From contig CAIUWK010000040.1 of assembly GCA_903902855.1 (NCBI GenBank), positions 8,279-72,278 of the forward strand: a DNA stretch of 64,000 bases, read 5' to 3'. Source of the DNA: an uncultured Geobacter sp. (GTDB lineage Bacteria > Desulfobacterota > Desulfuromonadia > Geobacterales > CAIOGM01). Positions 37,462 through 47,604 of the stretch are shown here, in pieces. Both the position numbers and the translations under genes were made by a program. A model generated the notes under the pieces. It saw only the letters and a list, made by a program, of their open reading frames with translations. It had not been told where the DNA came from and made no database searches. The stretch's first letter is position 1, and the number at the start of each line of letters is the position of its first letter.

Positions 37462-38198
37462 CCGCCTTCTTCCTGCCGTTGGGTTTTCGCCAACCAAAGG
37501 CGCTCCTTATCCGTCATTTCTGCAGAGGTCAGAAGCTCGGGGCGCATCTGCCGGGTTTTCAGGAGCGACTCTCTCCTTCGCCACCGGGCGATCTCGGCAT
37601 GATTGCCGGAGAGGAGAGGCTCAGGCACCGTCAAACCCTTGAACTCCGGAGGCCGGGTATACTGGGGATACTCCAGGAGACCGTCACTGAAGGAATCGGT
37701 CTGAGCCGCACCCGCCCCCCCCAACACCCCCGGCAGGAAACGGGAGACGGCATCCACAATAACCATGGCCGCCAATTCGCCGCCGGTAAGGACAAAATCC
37801 CCCAGGGATATTTCTTGGTCGACGTACAGAGAGCCGACCCGCTCATCCACCCCTTCGTAACGGCCACAGATGATGATCAACCCCGGTTCTTGCGCCAGCT
37901 CCCGCGCAATCCGTTGGGTAAAGCAGTTCCCCCGGGGAGAGGTGAGGATCACCTTGGCCCGGGGACGATCCGCCTTCACCGCCTGAATGCAGCCGGATAA
38001 CGGCTCCACTTTCATGATCATCCCGGTGCCGCCACCGTAGGGAGCATCGTCGGCGGTCCGGTGTTTGTCCGTGGCGTAATCGCGGATGTTGTGACAACGT
38101 ACCGTTATCAGACCGCTCTCCGCGGCCCGCTTGAGGATGCTCTCCGTGAGCGGCCCGTCAAACATCCCGGGAAAGAGGGTCAGAATATCAAAGGTCAC
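37458..38198 (-). CDS. trmD: tRNA (guanine37-N1)-methyltransferase
   Basis: Full-length TrmD similarity ([22 protein letters not shown]). Confidence 0.95.
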   Translation of the reverse strand: MTFDILTLFPGMFDGPLTESILKRAAESGLITVRCHNIRDYATDKHRTADDAPYGGGTGMIMKVEPLSGCIQAVKADRPRAKVILTSPRGNCFTQRIARELAQEPGLIIICGRYEGVDERVGSLYVDQEISLGDFVLTGGELAAMVIVDAVSRFLPGVLGGAGAAQTDSFSDGLLEYPQYTRPPEFKGLTVPEPLLSGNHAEIARWRRRESLLKTRQMRPELLTSAEMTDKERLWLAKTQRQEEGG

Positions 38199-38716
38199 AG
38201 ATCGAGCAGGCCGTCAGGCGGGGCAACGGTCATCGTCCCGGCCGCAAGGTCGATGTTCAGGATAACATCCTCCAGGGCCGGAATAAGATACTCCTTCTCC
38301 CCCCCCTGGACGACATAGACATCGTTGCTTCCCGTTTCGATGATCTCCTTAAGCAGACCGAGCTGGTTCCCCCCATCGGCCACGACCCTGAGACCGATAA
38401 GGTCGGCCCAGTAGTATTCATCCGGATCGGTTTCCGGAAACTGATCCCGCCGGACCAGCAGTTCTCCCCCCACAAGAGGCAAAACATCGTTGATGGTGCC
38501 ATATCCCTTCAAGGAGACGAGTGTCTTGCGCCCATGCCCCTGCAGAGCGACTACCGAGACCGACTGCACCACACCATTGGAATGACGCAGGGTAAGCTCT
38601 TCAACTGCCCGTAGCGTACGGTCATCACCCGAATAGAGATAAACCTTCACCATCCCTTTGATGCCGTGAGTCCCGGTGATCTTGCCGATGGTCAGCAGTT
38701 CGGATGGATCGGACAT
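38195..38716 (-). CDS. rimM: 16S rRNA processing protein RimM
   Basis: [12 protein letters not shown]-terminus and a PRC barrel C-terminus. Confidence 0.92.
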   Translation of the reverse strand: MSDPSELLTIGKITGTHGIKGMVKVYLYSGDDRTLRAVEELTLRHSNGVVQSVSVVALQGHGRKTLVSLKGYGTINDVLPLVGGELLVRRDQFPETDPDEYYWADLIGLRVVADGGNQLGLLKEIIETGSNDVYVVQGGEKEYLIPALEDVILNIDLAAGTMTVAPPDGLLDL

Positions 38717-38946
38717 TACTCTACGATCTTCAGAACAGCCTTGCTGTTGTTCCTGGTGGAGACCGCATTTAACAAGGTTCTGATAGCCTTTGCGGTCCGC
38801 CCTTCCTTACCGATTATCCGCCCCATGTCTTCCTTGGCCACGGAAAGTTTGATCACCGTGGTGTCGTCTTCCATCTCTTCGGAAACCTCCACCTTGCTGG
38901 GGTCATCCACGAGCGACTTGGCAATGGCCACTACGAGATCTTTCAT
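38716..38946 (-). CDS. KH-domain RNA-binding protein (YlqC/UPF0109)
   Basis: The GRIIGKEGRTAKAIRTL motif sits in a 76-aa protein between rpsP and rimM. Confidence 0.9.
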   Translation of the reverse strand: MKDLVVAIAKSLVDDPSKVEVSEEMEDDTTVIKLSVAKEDMGRIIGKEGRTAKAIRTLLNAVSTRNNSKAVLKIVE

Positions 38947-39003
38947 GTGGGTATCCTCTGGTGCTGGAATATCCGGCGGACCGGTTCGGGCAGAGAACAG
39001 GAA

Positions 39004-39264
39004 TTATACGGTGAGGAACTTCTCCCAGACCCCTTGAGTCTTGAGGATCTGCTTGACCGTATCGGTGGGCTGTGCCCCCTTGGAAAGCCACTCAAGGGTC
39101 TTCCCCTCTTCCAGCTTCACGACCGCAGGATTTTTGGTGGGATCATAGGTGCCGACATTTTCGATGAAACGGCCGTCACGACGACAACGCTCGTCAGCGA
39201 TAACAATCTGGTAAAAGGGGCGTTTCTTTGCGCCGGCACGGGCCAGTCTGATTTTTACTGCCAT
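39004..39264 (-). CDS. rpsP: 30S ribosomal protein S16
   Basis: [19 protein letters not shown]-terminus. Confidence 0.96.
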   Translation of the reverse strand: MAVKIRLARAGAKKRPFYQIVIADERCRRDGRFIENVGTYDPTKNPAVVKLEEGKTLEWLSKGAQPTDTVKQILKTQGVWEKFLTV

Positions 39265-39284
39265 TGTGTTTCCTCCTGGAAATC

Positions 39285-39368
39285 GGTTCTAAGTTCTAGG
39301 TTCTATGTTTTAAGTTCTAGGTTCTAGGTTTAAGGTTCTAGGTTCTAGGTTTACCGGTCCCCAGTCCC
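39285..39368. repeat. 12-unit heptamer array (GGTTCTA and variants, ending CGGTCCC CAGTCCC)
   Basis: The array reads ggttcta agttcta ggttcta tgtttta agttcta ggttcta ggtttaa ggttcta ggttcta ggtttac cggtccc cagtccc. It fills the ffh-rpsP gap. Confidence 0.9.
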
Positions 39369-39374
39369 GGCTTT

Positions 39375-40745
39375 TCATCCGAAGGGGGGGAACATCCCTT
39401 TACCCATTCCACCGAGACCCCCCATCCCTTTCATGAGCCCTTTGGGACCAAGCTTCTGGAGCTGTTTCATCATCTTCTGGGCCTCGGTGAACCGTTTAAG
39501 AAGCTGGTTAACCTCCTGTACGGTGGTCCCGCTCCCCTTGGCGATCCTCAGCCGTCGGCTCCCGTTGATGATAGTATGGTTGGCCCGTTCACCCCTGGTC
39601 ATGGAGTCGATGATCGCCTCGATCCGCTTCAGATCTTTTTCACCGGGGGCTGCTCCCTGCATCTGCTTGAGAGCCTTACCGACTCCCGGAATCATCCCCA
39701 AGATCGACTCCAGCGACCCGAGCTTCTTGATCTGCTGGAGCTGATTTTTAAAATCTTCAAGATCGAATTGGCTTTTCTTAAGCTTTTGCTGGAGCCGCTC
39801 CGTCTCTTTCACATCGAAGGTGGACTGAGCCTTTTCGATGAGGGTCAGCACATCCCCCATACCCAGAATCCGCGATACCAGTCGGTCGGCGTAGAAGACC
39901 TCCAGGGCGTCCAGCTTCTCTCCCATCCCGATGAATTTCACCGGTTTGCCGGTAACCGCACGGATAGAGAGAGCCGCTCCCCCCTTGGCATCGCCGTCCA
40001 GCTTGGTCAGGATGACACCGGTTATGTCCAACTTGTCATTGAAGCCTGAGGCCACATTCACCGCTTCCTGACCGGTCATGGCGTCAGCCACGAAAAGAAT
40101 CTCCCGCGGCAGGACGGCATCCTTGATCCGGGCCAGTTCGTCCATGAGGAACTCATCGATCTGGTGCCGACCGGCGGTATCGAAGAGCACGGTATCGAAG
40201 CCGTTCAGCTCGGCGTACTGAAGTGCCTGCCGGCAAATTTCCACCGGTTGGTTGCTCTCCGACTGATAAACCTCAATGGAGAGCTGTTTTCCCAGGGTCT
40301 TGAGCTGCTCGATGGCCGCCGGACGGTACACGTCCGCAGGAACCAGGAGTGGGCGCCGACGCTGGGCCTTGAGATGCTTGGCCAGTTTGCCGCAACTGGT
40401 GGTCTTGCCGGAACCCTGGAGGCCGACCAACATGATCCCCACCGGCGGACGGGCCGCCAAGTCGAGACTGTTATCCGCATCACCCCCCATGAGCTGGACC
40501 AGCTCATCGTGGACTATTTTAATGACCTGCTGGCCGGGAGCGAGGCTCTGAAGCACCTGAGTGCCCACGGAGCGCTCCCGGACCTTTTCAATAAAATCTT
40601 TGACGACCTTGAAATTGACATCCGCTTCGAGAAGGGAGAGCCGGACCTCGCGGAGAGCCTCCTTGATATTCTCTTCGGTCATCACCCCGTGGCCGCGGAG
40701 TTTCTTGAAAATGCCGTCTAATTTGTCTGAAAGTGAATCGAACAT
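39375..40745 (-). CDS. ffh: Signal recognition particle protein Ffh
   Basis: MFDSLSDKL start, [14 protein letters not shown], and a Met-rich M domain. Confidence 0.95.
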   Translation of the reverse strand: MFDSLSDKLDGIFKKLRGHGVMTEENIKEALREVRLSLLEADVNFKVVKDFIEKVRERSVGTQVLQSLAPGQQVIKIVHDELVQLMGGDADNSLDLAARPPVGIMLVGLQGSGKTTSCGKLAKHLKAQRRRPLLVPADVYRPAAIEQLKTLGKQLSIEVYQSESNQPVEICRQALQYAELNGFDTVLFDTAGRHQIDEFLMDELARIKDAVLPREILFVADAMTGQEAVNVASGFNDKLDITGVILTKLDGDAKGGAALSIRAVTGKPVKFIGMGEKLDALEVFYADRLVSRILGMGDVLTLIEKAQSTFDVKETERLQQKLKKSQFDLEDFKNQLQQIKKLGSLESILGMIPGVGKALKQMQGAAPGEKDLKRIEAIIDSMTRGERANHTIINGSRRLRIAKGSGTTVQEVNQLLKRFTEAQKMMKQLQKLGPKGLMKGMGGLGGMGKGMFPPFG

Positions 40746-40822
40746 GCCCGCCTGATGACGCTCCCTGTACAGGGTGATGGACGCACAAACCCCTGGTGAC
40801 ACCCACCGCCCGAAAGTACTGC

Positions 40823-40852
40823 ACTATAGTGGAGAGCCCGATGGCTTGTCAA
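40823..40852 (-). promoter_or_regulatory. Sigma70-type promoter for the ffh operon
   Basis: Minus strand reads cTTGACAagcc, an 18-nt spacer, then TATAGT. Confidence 0.5.
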
Positions 40853-40878
40853 GCCAAAACTACAGGTGGTTACGCCGT

Positions 40879-41463
40879 TCAGAGACGGATTGTCCCGCCA
40901 GCCGCCATGAGAGTTTCGACGATGGTGAACATATTCGTCACCGACCCGGCTCGCAACGCATCCCGCTTGCCGAAGAAATCGAGACAGACACCGCAGGAGA
41001 GGAGCTCCACCCCCCGGTTCCCCAGCTTCTCCAGCGTCTCCAGCAATTCCGACCCTTCCGTGGCCAGCAGTACCCCCTGATTCACTAGGAGGATCTTGTC
41101 GGGAAGCAGTGGGCTCTCCAGGAGCGTGATGATAAAGTTTTTCATCAGAAGCCGCCCCAGCTCCTCGGGGCCGTCACCCAGGCGGTCCGAAGTCACGAAC
41201 AGGTTGCGCCGCTCCGGTTGCGACGAGATAGTTGGCGACGCCACCCCACCCGAGGAGCCGGTAATGGTCAGGGTTATCCCGTCAGCAGTCACCGCCTCGT
41301 TTACCTCATACCCCCGGTTGCGGGCAAAACGGGTCACGTTCTCCCGTGGTGCGCCATCGTCCAGCATGACCGTCACCCCGACACTCCCCGGCTCTTCCAG
41401 CGCCCGCTTTACCGTCACCACCGGTAACGGACAGGCCATGCCTCGACACTCTATACTTTTCAT
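40879..41463 (-). CDS. yedF: YedF-type selenium/sulfur metabolism protein (TusA-like N-domain + DsrE-like C-domain)
   Basis: CRGMACPLPV (CPxP) N-terminal domain and a C-terminal ...SCGVCLDF... domain. Start at ATG 41463. Confidence 0.75.
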   Translation of the reverse strand: MKSIECRGMACPLPVVTVKRALEEPGSVGVTVMLDDGAPRENVTRFARNRGYEVNEAVTADGITLTITGSSGGVASPTISSQPERRNLFVTSDRLGDGPEELGRLLMKNFIITLLESPLLPDKILLVNQGVLLATEGSELLETLEKLGNRGVELLSCGVCLDFFGKRDALRAGSVTNMFTIVETLMAAGGTIRL

Positions 41464-41464
41464 A

Positions 41465-41506
41465 ATTTCACCTTTCACCATTCACAATTCACCCTTTGCC
41501 TTTAAC
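41465..41506. repeat. Heptamer array ATTTCAC CTTTCAC CATTCAC AATTCAC CCTTTGC CTTTAAC
   Basis: Six phased 7-nt units lie between the DUF3343-like gene and yedF. Confidence 0.8.
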
Positions 41507-41795
41507 TCTCCACCCCGCGGCAGAGGAGATAGTCATTGCCGCGCCGGCAATAGACCATTTCCGGCGCCAGTTCCGAGCCGGCCAGTGCGCTCTCAACCGC
41601 AATCCGCTCCTTCTCCGTGTATCTGAGGGCAAGTCCGCAGTCGGAGCTTACCGCCCGGGGGGCGGGAATGAGAAGGATCGGGAACTTCAGTTCCTTGAGA
41701 AACTTCTCAGCCTTCATCACCCTGTGAATGGAATTGAATACCGCGATATATTCACCTTCGTTAACCACGTCCATGCACCTCCGAAAATTTGCCAT
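41502..41795 (-). CDS. DUF3343-like small protein (putative Se/S carrier partner of YedF)
   Basis: About 90 aa with AVFNSIHRVMKAEKFLKE...CGLAL. Adjacency to yedF is typical. The start is ambiguous (41795 or 41774). Confidence 0.6.
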   Translation of the reverse strand: MANFRRCMDVVNEGEYIAVFNSIHRVMKAEKFLKELKFPILLIPAPRAVSSDCGLALRYTEKERIAVESALAGSELAPEMVYCRRGNDYLLCRGVES

Positions 41796-41897
41796 TGTAC
41801 CCGGCAGCAGTCATATTCGCAACCGACAAACGACAGTGACGAACAACTCCCGGATGCGACCATCAAGCGATTGACAAACACCGGGCAAAACCCTACT

Positions 41898-42188
41898 ATG
41901 CTTTTCATGTATTCCATGCTCGCCCTGGCAGGGCTCATCTTCCTTGGTTTTCTTGTCAACATCCCCCTGGGCTATATCCGACAGAACTATGAAAAGTTCT
42001 CCTTCGGTTGGTACTTCTACATCCACATCTCCATCCCCCTCATCATCTATCTCCGGGTCAAGTCCGGTTTCAGTTGGCAGATCATCCCCCTCACCGTCGG
42101 TGCGGCCATCGCAGGACAGATCGTGGGGGGAAGAATCAAGCGGCGGAGAATCCAGGAACTGCTTGCCAACCATGAAAAGCCCCTCTGA
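41898..42188 (+). CDS. Small membrane protein, unknown function
   Basis: Three hydrophobic segments in 96 aa. ATG at 41898. The upstream part of ORF 41496.. is antisense to the DUF3343-like gene. Confidence 0.5.
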   Translation: MLFMYSMLALAGLIFLGFLVNIPLGYIRQNYEKFSFGWYFYIHISIPLIIYLRVKSGFSWQIIPLTVGAAIAGQIVGGRIKRRRIQELLANHEKPL

Positions 42189-42630
42189 GCTCTCCACCCT
42201 CCTCCCCACACTCTTTACCGGCAAGCCGCTGGAGAAGCGATTTCGCGAGTCGATTATCTGGCGGGTCTGGGACAAAGCCGTGGGTCAGCCCATCGCTTCC
42301 AAGGCGCGTCCTGCCGCCTTTCGCGAAGGAACCCTCATCGTCGCGGTCACCAGTCCCCCCTGGATGCAGCAGCTCGGCTTTCTCAAGCGGCAGTTGATGG
42401 ATGCCGTCAACGGAGCGCTGGGGGAAGAGATGATCACCGACATCCACCTCAAGGCAGGCATCCTCCCCCCCCCTTATTTCCCTCCTCCCCCCCCCCCGCG
42501 CCGCCCCACCCGTCCCCTCACCCCGGAAGAGGAGAACCGTATCCGAGAGGAGACGGCGGCCGTTCACGATGAAGAGCTCCGCGCCGCCATCATTCACTGC
42601 CGTGAAGTCTGGTTGAGCAGCAGAAGTTGA
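42172..42630 (+). CDS. DUF721 / DciA-like protein with poly-proline insert
   Basis: The WxxxVG...A.P..F..GTL.V.V.S..W...L motif pattern is present. The PPPYFPPPPPPRRP segment is encoded by C9 and C11 runs. Confidence 0.65.
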   Translation: MKSPSELSTLLPTLFTGKPLEKRFRESIIWRVWDKAVGQPIASKARPAAFREGTLIVAVTSPPWMQQLGFLKRQLMDAVNGALGEEMITDIHLKAGILPPPYFPPPPPPRRPTRPLTPEEENRIREETAAVHDEELRAAIIHCREVWLSSRS

Positions 42631-42649
42631 ATTGGGGGGGATAAAGACA

Positions 42650-42681
42650 AAGGCCGTTCCTGCATGAGCAGGAACGGCCTT
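42650..42681. terminator. Bidirectional terminator hairpin between the DUF721 gene and secA
   Basis: aggccgttcctgc-atga-gcaggaacggcct is a perfect 13-bp stem between convergent genes. Confidence 0.65.
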
Positions 42682-42723
42682 CAGTACCTTCAGAATGTTT
42701 GACGTAACAGGGACGCTATCCCC

Positions 42724-45432
42724 TTACGCTCCGCAGCACTTCTTGAATTTCTTCCCGCTGCCGCAGGTGCAGGGATCGTTTCGCCCCACGCTCTTGCTGC
42801 TCTTGATCGGCTTGAGCGGGACGGTTCCCCCCTCCACCAGATTGAAGACCAGCTTCTGCTTCTTCTGCTGCTGCTCCTCAATCTGCTCGATGTCCCGCTC
42901 CACCGCCTCCTGCTCCTTGGCAATCTGGACCCAGAAGATCTTCTCCACCACCTCCTGGCGGATCCGGGTGATCAGATCCATAAAGAGCTGATACGCCTCC
43001 TTCTTGTACTCCTGTTTGGGGTCCTTCTGGCCGTAACCACGGAGACCGATCCCCTCCTTGAGGTGGTCGATGGAGAGGAGATGATCCTTCCACTGCTGGT
43101 CGATGGCCTGAAGCATGATCACCTTGATGAGGTGCTCCATCAGATCACTGCCGAAGGATTCGAGTTTGGCGTCGAAGATCTCACGGCTCTTTTGCGTCAA
43201 CAGTTCCTGGAAGTTGGTGGGGTTCAGCCGGAGCAGGGTCTCCTGAGGGACATCCAGCTGAAAACCGAAGAGGCGGAAGGATTCGCCGGTAATACCGTCC
43301 CAATCCCATTCCGCGGCAGGAACCTTCTCCACGGCAAAGGTCTCGGAAATATCCTCCACGGCGTTCTCCATCATCTCCAAAAAATTACCGCGGGGATCGG
43401 TCCCGGCCAGGATCTCCTTGCGCTGGGTGTAGATCACCTCCCGCTGCTTGTTCATGACATCGTCATACTCGATGAGGTGTTTCCGGATCTCGAAGTTGTG
43501 GGCCTCCACCTTCTTCTGGGCGTTCTCGATGGCCCGGGAGATCATCCCGTGAGTGATGGCCTCCCCCTCCTCGATTTTGAGCATATCCATGATCCTGGCC
43601 ACCCGGTCGGAGCCGAAGATCCGGAGCAGGTCGTCCTGGAGAGAGAGGAAGAACTTGGATGACCCCGGGTCCCCCTGACGGCCGGAACGCCCCCGGAGCT
43701 GATTGTCGATGCGGCGGGACTCATGCCGCTCGGTCCCCAGAATATGAAGCCCCCCCAGCTTGACCACCTCTTCATGTTCAGCGGCACACTGGATCTTGAA
43801 CTTCGCCAGGGTTGCCGCGATCTCCTCTTCCGTTGCCTCCGGATTGCCCCGTTGCCACTGGATGGTCATCCCATCGGGATTCCCCCCCAGGACGATGTCG
43901 GTGCCGCGCCCCGCCATGTTGGTGGCGATGGTAATAGCCCCCTTACGCCCGGCCTGGGCCACGATCTCCGCCTCCCGGTCATGCTGTTTGGCGTTAAGCA
44001 CGTTGTGCGGCACACCAAACTTCTTGAGCATCTCGGAGAGGAGTTCCGATTTCTCGATGGAGATGGTTCCCACCAGAACCGGCTGCCCCTTGGCGTACAT
44101 CTCCTTGATCTCCTCGATGACCGCGGTGAACTTCTCCTTTTCGGTCTTGTAGACCACATCCGGGAAGTCGGGGCGGAGCAGCGGCCGATTGGTGGGAATG
44201 ACGGTCACGTCCAGCTTGTAGATCTTGTGAAACTCCTCGGCCTCGGTGTCGGCGGTGCCGGTCATCCCCGAGAGCTTCTCGTACATCCGGAAATAGTTCT
44301 GAAAGGTGATGGTGGCCAGGGTCTGGTTCTCATTCTCGATCTGGACCCCCTCCTTGGCTTCGATGGCTTGGTGGAGCCCGTCGGACCAGCGGCGCCCCGG
44401 CATGAGACGGCCGGTGAACTCGTCCACGATGATCACCTCTCCATCCTTGACCACATACTCCACATCCCGTTTGAACAGGGCGTGGGCGCGCAACGCCTGG
44501 TTCACATGGTGGAGGAACTCGATATGCCGCGGGTCGTAGAGGTTGTCCAGCTGCAGGAGCTTCTCCACCTTGAGGACCCCCTCCTCGGTGAGGGTGGCGG
44601 ACTTGGCCTTCTCGTCCACGGTGAAGTCGCCGGTGTGGCTCTTCCGCTTGCCGGAAAGGGTGTTGGCCTCCACCTCGATGACCTCCCCCTTCTTCAGCTT
44701 GGGGATAATCCGGTCGATGATGTAATACTTGTCCGTGGAATCTTCCGTGGGGCCGGAGATGATGAGCGGAGTCCTCGCCTCATCAATGAGAATGGAGTCC
44801 ACCTCATCCACCACGCAGAAGTAAAAGGGGCGCTGCACATAATCCTCCAGGGCGAACTTCATGTTGTCGCGGAGGTAGTCGAAACCGAACTCGTTGTTGG
44901 TCCCGTAGGTGATGTCCGCGGCATAGGCTTCCCGCCGCTGATCATCATCCAGCCCATGGACAATGACCCCCACCTGGAGTCCCAGGAACTGGTGGATCTT
45001 CCCCATCCATTCGGAGTCCCGGCGTGCCAGGTAATCGTTCACCGTGACCACATGAACCCCTTTACCGGCCAGGGCGTTCAGATAAGCGGGAAGGGTCGCC
45101 ACCAGGGTCTTCCCCTCGCCGGTCTTCATCTCGGCGATCTTCCCCGAGTGCAGGACCATGCCGCCGATGAGCTGCACGTCGAAGTGCCGCATCCCCAGGA
45201 CCCTTTTCCCCGCCTCACGGCAGACGGCAAAGGCATCAGGAAGGATGTCATCCAGGGTAGCCCCCTTGGCCAAACGCTCCTTCAACTCCGGAGTCTTGGC
45301 CCGGAGCCGCTCGTCGTTGAGCGCCGCCATCTGCGGCTCCAGCGAGTTGATCTTCTCCACAATTGGGCGCATCCGCTTCAACTCACGCTCGTTCTTGCTG
45401 CCGACAATCTTTCGTATGAGTCCACCAAGCAT
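42724..45432 (-). CDS. secA: Preprotein translocase ATPase SecA
   Basis: Full-length SecA ([27 protein letters not shown]) with a C-terminal zinc motif [14 protein letters not shown]. Start at ATG 45432. Confidence 0.96.
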   Translation of the reverse strand: MLGGLIRKIVGSKNERELKRMRPIVEKINSLEPQMAALNDERLRAKTPELKERLAKGATLDDILPDAFAVCREAGKRVLGMRHFDVQLIGGMVLHSGKIAEMKTGEGKTLVATLPAYLNALAGKGVHVVTVNDYLARRDSEWMGKIHQFLGLQVGVIVHGLDDDQRREAYAADITYGTNNEFGFDYLRDNMKFALEDYVQRPFYFCVVDEVDSILIDEARTPLIISGPTEDSTDKYYIIDRIIPKLKKGEVIEVEANTLSGKRKSHTGDFTVDEKAKSATLTEEGVLKVEKLLQLDNLYDPRHIEFLHHVNQALRAHALFKRDVEYVVKDGEVIIVDEFTGRLMPGRRWSDGLHQAIEAKEGVQIENENQTLATITFQNYFRMYEKLSGMTGTADTEAEEFHKIYKLDVTVIPTNRPLLRPDFPDVVYKTEKEKFTAVIEEIKEMYAKGQPVLVGTISIEKSELLSEMLKKFGVPHNVLNAKQHDREAEIVAQAGRKGAITIATNMAGRGTDIVLGGNPDGMTIQWQRGNPEATEEEIAATLAKFKIQCAAEHEEVVKLGGLHILGTERHESRRIDNQLRGRSGRQGDPGSSKFFLSLQDDLLRIFGSDRVARIMDMLKIEEGEAITHGMISRAIENAQKKVEAHNFEIRKHLIEYDDVMNKQREVIYTQRKEILAGTDPRGNFLEMMENAVEDISETFAVEKVPAAEWDWDGITGESFRLFGFQLDVPQETLLRLNPTNFQELLTQKSREIFDAKLESFGSDLMEHLIKVIMLQAIDQQWKDHLLSIDHLKEGIGLRGYGQKDPKQEYKKEAYQLFMDLITRIRQEVVEKIFWVQIAKEQEAVERDIEQIEEQQQKKQKLVFNLVEGGTVPLKPIKSSKSVGRNDPCTCGSGKKFKKCCGA

Positions 45433-45588
45433 TATCTGATCTCCTGAGCTAAAGGGGGGATTGACTATGAAAAAACAGGTAAAGATACCATAATCTCCCC
45501 GCCCCCTCAACAGAAAAGGGATGAACCGCCTGGCGGCCCACCCCTTCCCGTCTTACTTCATGGTTTGTGACCGGTTGCGGCGACTCCC

Positions 45589-46107
45589 CTACCCCACGAC
45601 CTTTGCCGAGAGGATGGTCACCGTTTCCACCGGAACATCGGATTGCCCGGACTTGTTACCGGTCTTGACGGCCCGAATGAGGTCAACCACCTCCATGCCG
45701 TCGGTCACCTCGCCGAAGACGGCATAGCCGAAGCGATCGGGGGTTTTGCCGCTGTTGTTGAGAAAAGCGTTATCCACGGTGTTGACGAAGAACTGGGAGG
45801 TGGCGCTGTCCACCACGGAGGTCCTGGCCATGGCCACGGTCCCCCGCTTGTTCAGGAGACCGTTGGTCGCCTCATTCTTGATGGCGAATTTGGTCTTCTT
45901 CGGCTGCAGGTCGGCGTCCATCCCCCCACCCTGAATCATGAAATTACTGATGACCCGATGAAAAATGGTGCCGTCATAGTACCCTTCCTTCACATAGTTG
46001 AGGAAGTTGCGAACGGAGATGGGGGCTTTTTCCATATTGAGGGTGATGGTAAAGGTCCCCATGGAGGTTTCGATGGCCACAACGGGGCTTGCTGCTACGT
46101 CACTCAT
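45589..46107 (-). CDS. ppiB: Cyclophilin-type peptidyl-prolyl cis-trans isomerase
   Basis: [13 protein letters not shown] and GTVAMAR motifs. Start at ATG 46107 behind AAGGAG. Confidence 0.9.
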   Translation of the reverse strand: MSDVAASPVVAIETSMGTFTITLNMEKAPISVRNFLNYVKEGYYDGTIFHRVISNFMIQGGGMDADLQPKKTKFAIKNEATNGLLNKRGTVAMARTSVVDSATSQFFVNTVDNAFLNNSGKTPDRFGYAVFGEVTDGMEVVDLIRAVKTGNKSGQSDVPVETVTILSAKVVG

Positions 46108-46199
46108 GCCGTACTCCTTATAAGTTAGTGGTACAGACAAGCGTAAGGCCGCGCTCTTCCACGGCCTTACGCTTGTCTACGCTGGATGAGTCGAAGAAA

Positions 46200-46580
46200 T
46201 CAGGCTTCCGCCTTCCACTGACCGTGAAGGTTGCAGTATTCCCGGGCAACAACGTTGTCCCCCGTGATGGGGAAGAACGCCTCCGGAGCATCGCCCGGGT
46301 TGAGGAACTGGCGGTAAGCCTTGCCGTCCACCAGAAGTTCGACCCACTGGATGTAATGCTTTTCTTCCATGGGATGGGCCACACTCCCTACCTTGACGAG
46401 GATACCGGCTTCACATTTTTCGATAACCGGCAGATGTTTCTCTTTGGCCGCATCAACGGTATTTTCGGCCATCAGCTTCATCTCCTGACCGCAGCAGAAG
46501 AGTTCCCCGCCGCCGCCAAAAAGAGTTTCAACAATATTGCCGCAGAGTTCGCACTTGTAAACTTCCAGTTGTTTCGCCAT
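46200..46580 (-). CDS. dfx: Desulfoferrodoxin (2Fe superoxide reductase)
   Basis: N-terminal desulforedoxin CELCGN...CCG and a C-terminal neelaredoxin domain ([11 protein letters not shown] ... CNLHG). Confidence 0.9.
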   Translation of the reverse strand: MAKQLEVYKCELCGNIVETLFGGGGELFCCGQEMKLMAENTVDAAKEKHLPVIEKCEAGILVKVGSVAHPMEEKHYIQWVELLVDGKAYRQFLNPGDAPEAFFPITGDNVVAREYCNLHGQWKAEA

Positions 46581-46611
46581 GTTGTTCGTCTCCTTTTCGT
46601 GTGTGTTGATA

Positions 46612-47184
46612 CTACCAGTTCTCACCAAGAATCTCGAAATGGGCCTTGGGGTGGTGACAGGCCGGGCAGAGGTCCGGGGCATCGGTTCCATCGTGGAGAT
46701 AACCGCAGTTGATACAGCGCCAGGTCACCGGTTCGTCCCGTTTGAATACCTCTCCCTTCTCAATATTGGCCAGAAGATCCAGGTACCGCTTCTCATGCTG
46801 TTTCTCCGCCACCGCAATGGCTGAAAAAACATCGGCGATCTTGTCGAACCCTTCTTCACGAGCGATCTCGGCAAAGGAGGGATACATCTCCGTATACTCG
46901 TAATTCTCCCCACCGGCAGCCCGTTTCAGGTTTTCGGCGGTGGAGCCGATGGTTCCGGCGGGAAAGGTTGCCGTTATCTGAGCATCCCCCCCTTCCAGGA
47001 ACTTATAGAGACGCTTGGCGTGCTCCCGTTCCTGGTTGGCGGTCTCTTCGAAGATATTCGCGATCTGAACCATCCCCTCGGTTTTGGCCTTGGCAGAATA
47101 GTAAGTATAGCGATTACGCGCCTGGCTCTCGCCGGCAAAGGCGGTGAGAATATTGGTTTCCGTCCGTGTTCCCTTCAGGCCCAT
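46612..47184 (-). CDS. rbr: Rubrerythrin
   Basis: Diiron ferritin-like domain (two ExxH motifs) plus a C-terminal rubredoxin CINCGY...CPAC. Confidence 0.92.
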   Translation of the reverse strand: MGLKGTRTETNILTAFAGESQARNRYTYYSAKAKTEGMVQIANIFEETANQEREHAKRLYKFLEGGDAQITATFPAGTIGSTAENLKRAAGGENYEYTEMYPSFAEIAREEGFDKIADVFSAIAVAEKQHEKRYLDLLANIEKGEVFKRDEPVTWRCINCGYLHDGTDAPDLCPACHHPKAHFEILGENW

Positions 47185-47249
47185 GGCAGACTCCTCCTTC
47201 TGATAATTTTGGGCAGGCTAACAGAAGCCGCGTCTTCGTGCAAGTATCT

Positions 47250-47489
47250 TTATTCCGGCAGCTCTTCCAGAGATATCTCCAAAGAAAGTTCCCGGAGTAG
47301 CTCCCCCGCCTCCTCTTCCCGGCCGGCAGGAATAATTATCCGAACGATTCCGTCCTTGGCATCCACGGTACTGACGGTGGCCACCCCGTCATAAGCCTCG
47401 AAGATGAAGTGAAGATACCAGATATCTTTCCGGTTGACCCGGAAGAGACGAAGCAAGGTATCACTGAAAGTAGTGGCGACTCTCTGCAT
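47250..47489 (-). CDS. Small conserved protein (DUF4911-like)
   Basis: 79 aa. YLHFIFEAYDGVATVSTVD..GIVRI resembles DUF4911 as I remember it. Confidence 0.5.
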   Translation of the reverse strand: MQRVATTFSDTLLRLFRVNRKDIWYLHFIFEAYDGVATVSTVDAKDGIVRIIIPAGREEEAGELLRELSLEISLEELPE

Positions 47490-47542
47490 CTTCGGAAAAT
47501 AGCACGCGCCATTTAATATGACAAGTGCTCCGACATTTTAAT

Positions 47543-47571
47543 TGACAACACGAACAACCGCTAGTATTAAT
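47543..47571 (+). promoter_or_regulatory. Sigma70-type promoter for the PilZ / HD-GYP operon
   Basis: TTGACA (47543-48), a 17-nt spacer, then TATTAA (47566-71), 34 nt upstream of the ATG. Confidence 0.55.
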
Positions 47572-47604
47572 AAAAATTAACCATTACTCTTCCAGAGGCC
47601 ATCC

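Noticed and set aside
41496-41897. First 134 codons of the 230-aa plus-strand ORF.
   Set aside because: This part is antisense to the DUF3343-like gene and the heptad array and has no hydrophobic or conserved character. Only the part from ATG 41898, a three-helix membrane protein, looks genuine.
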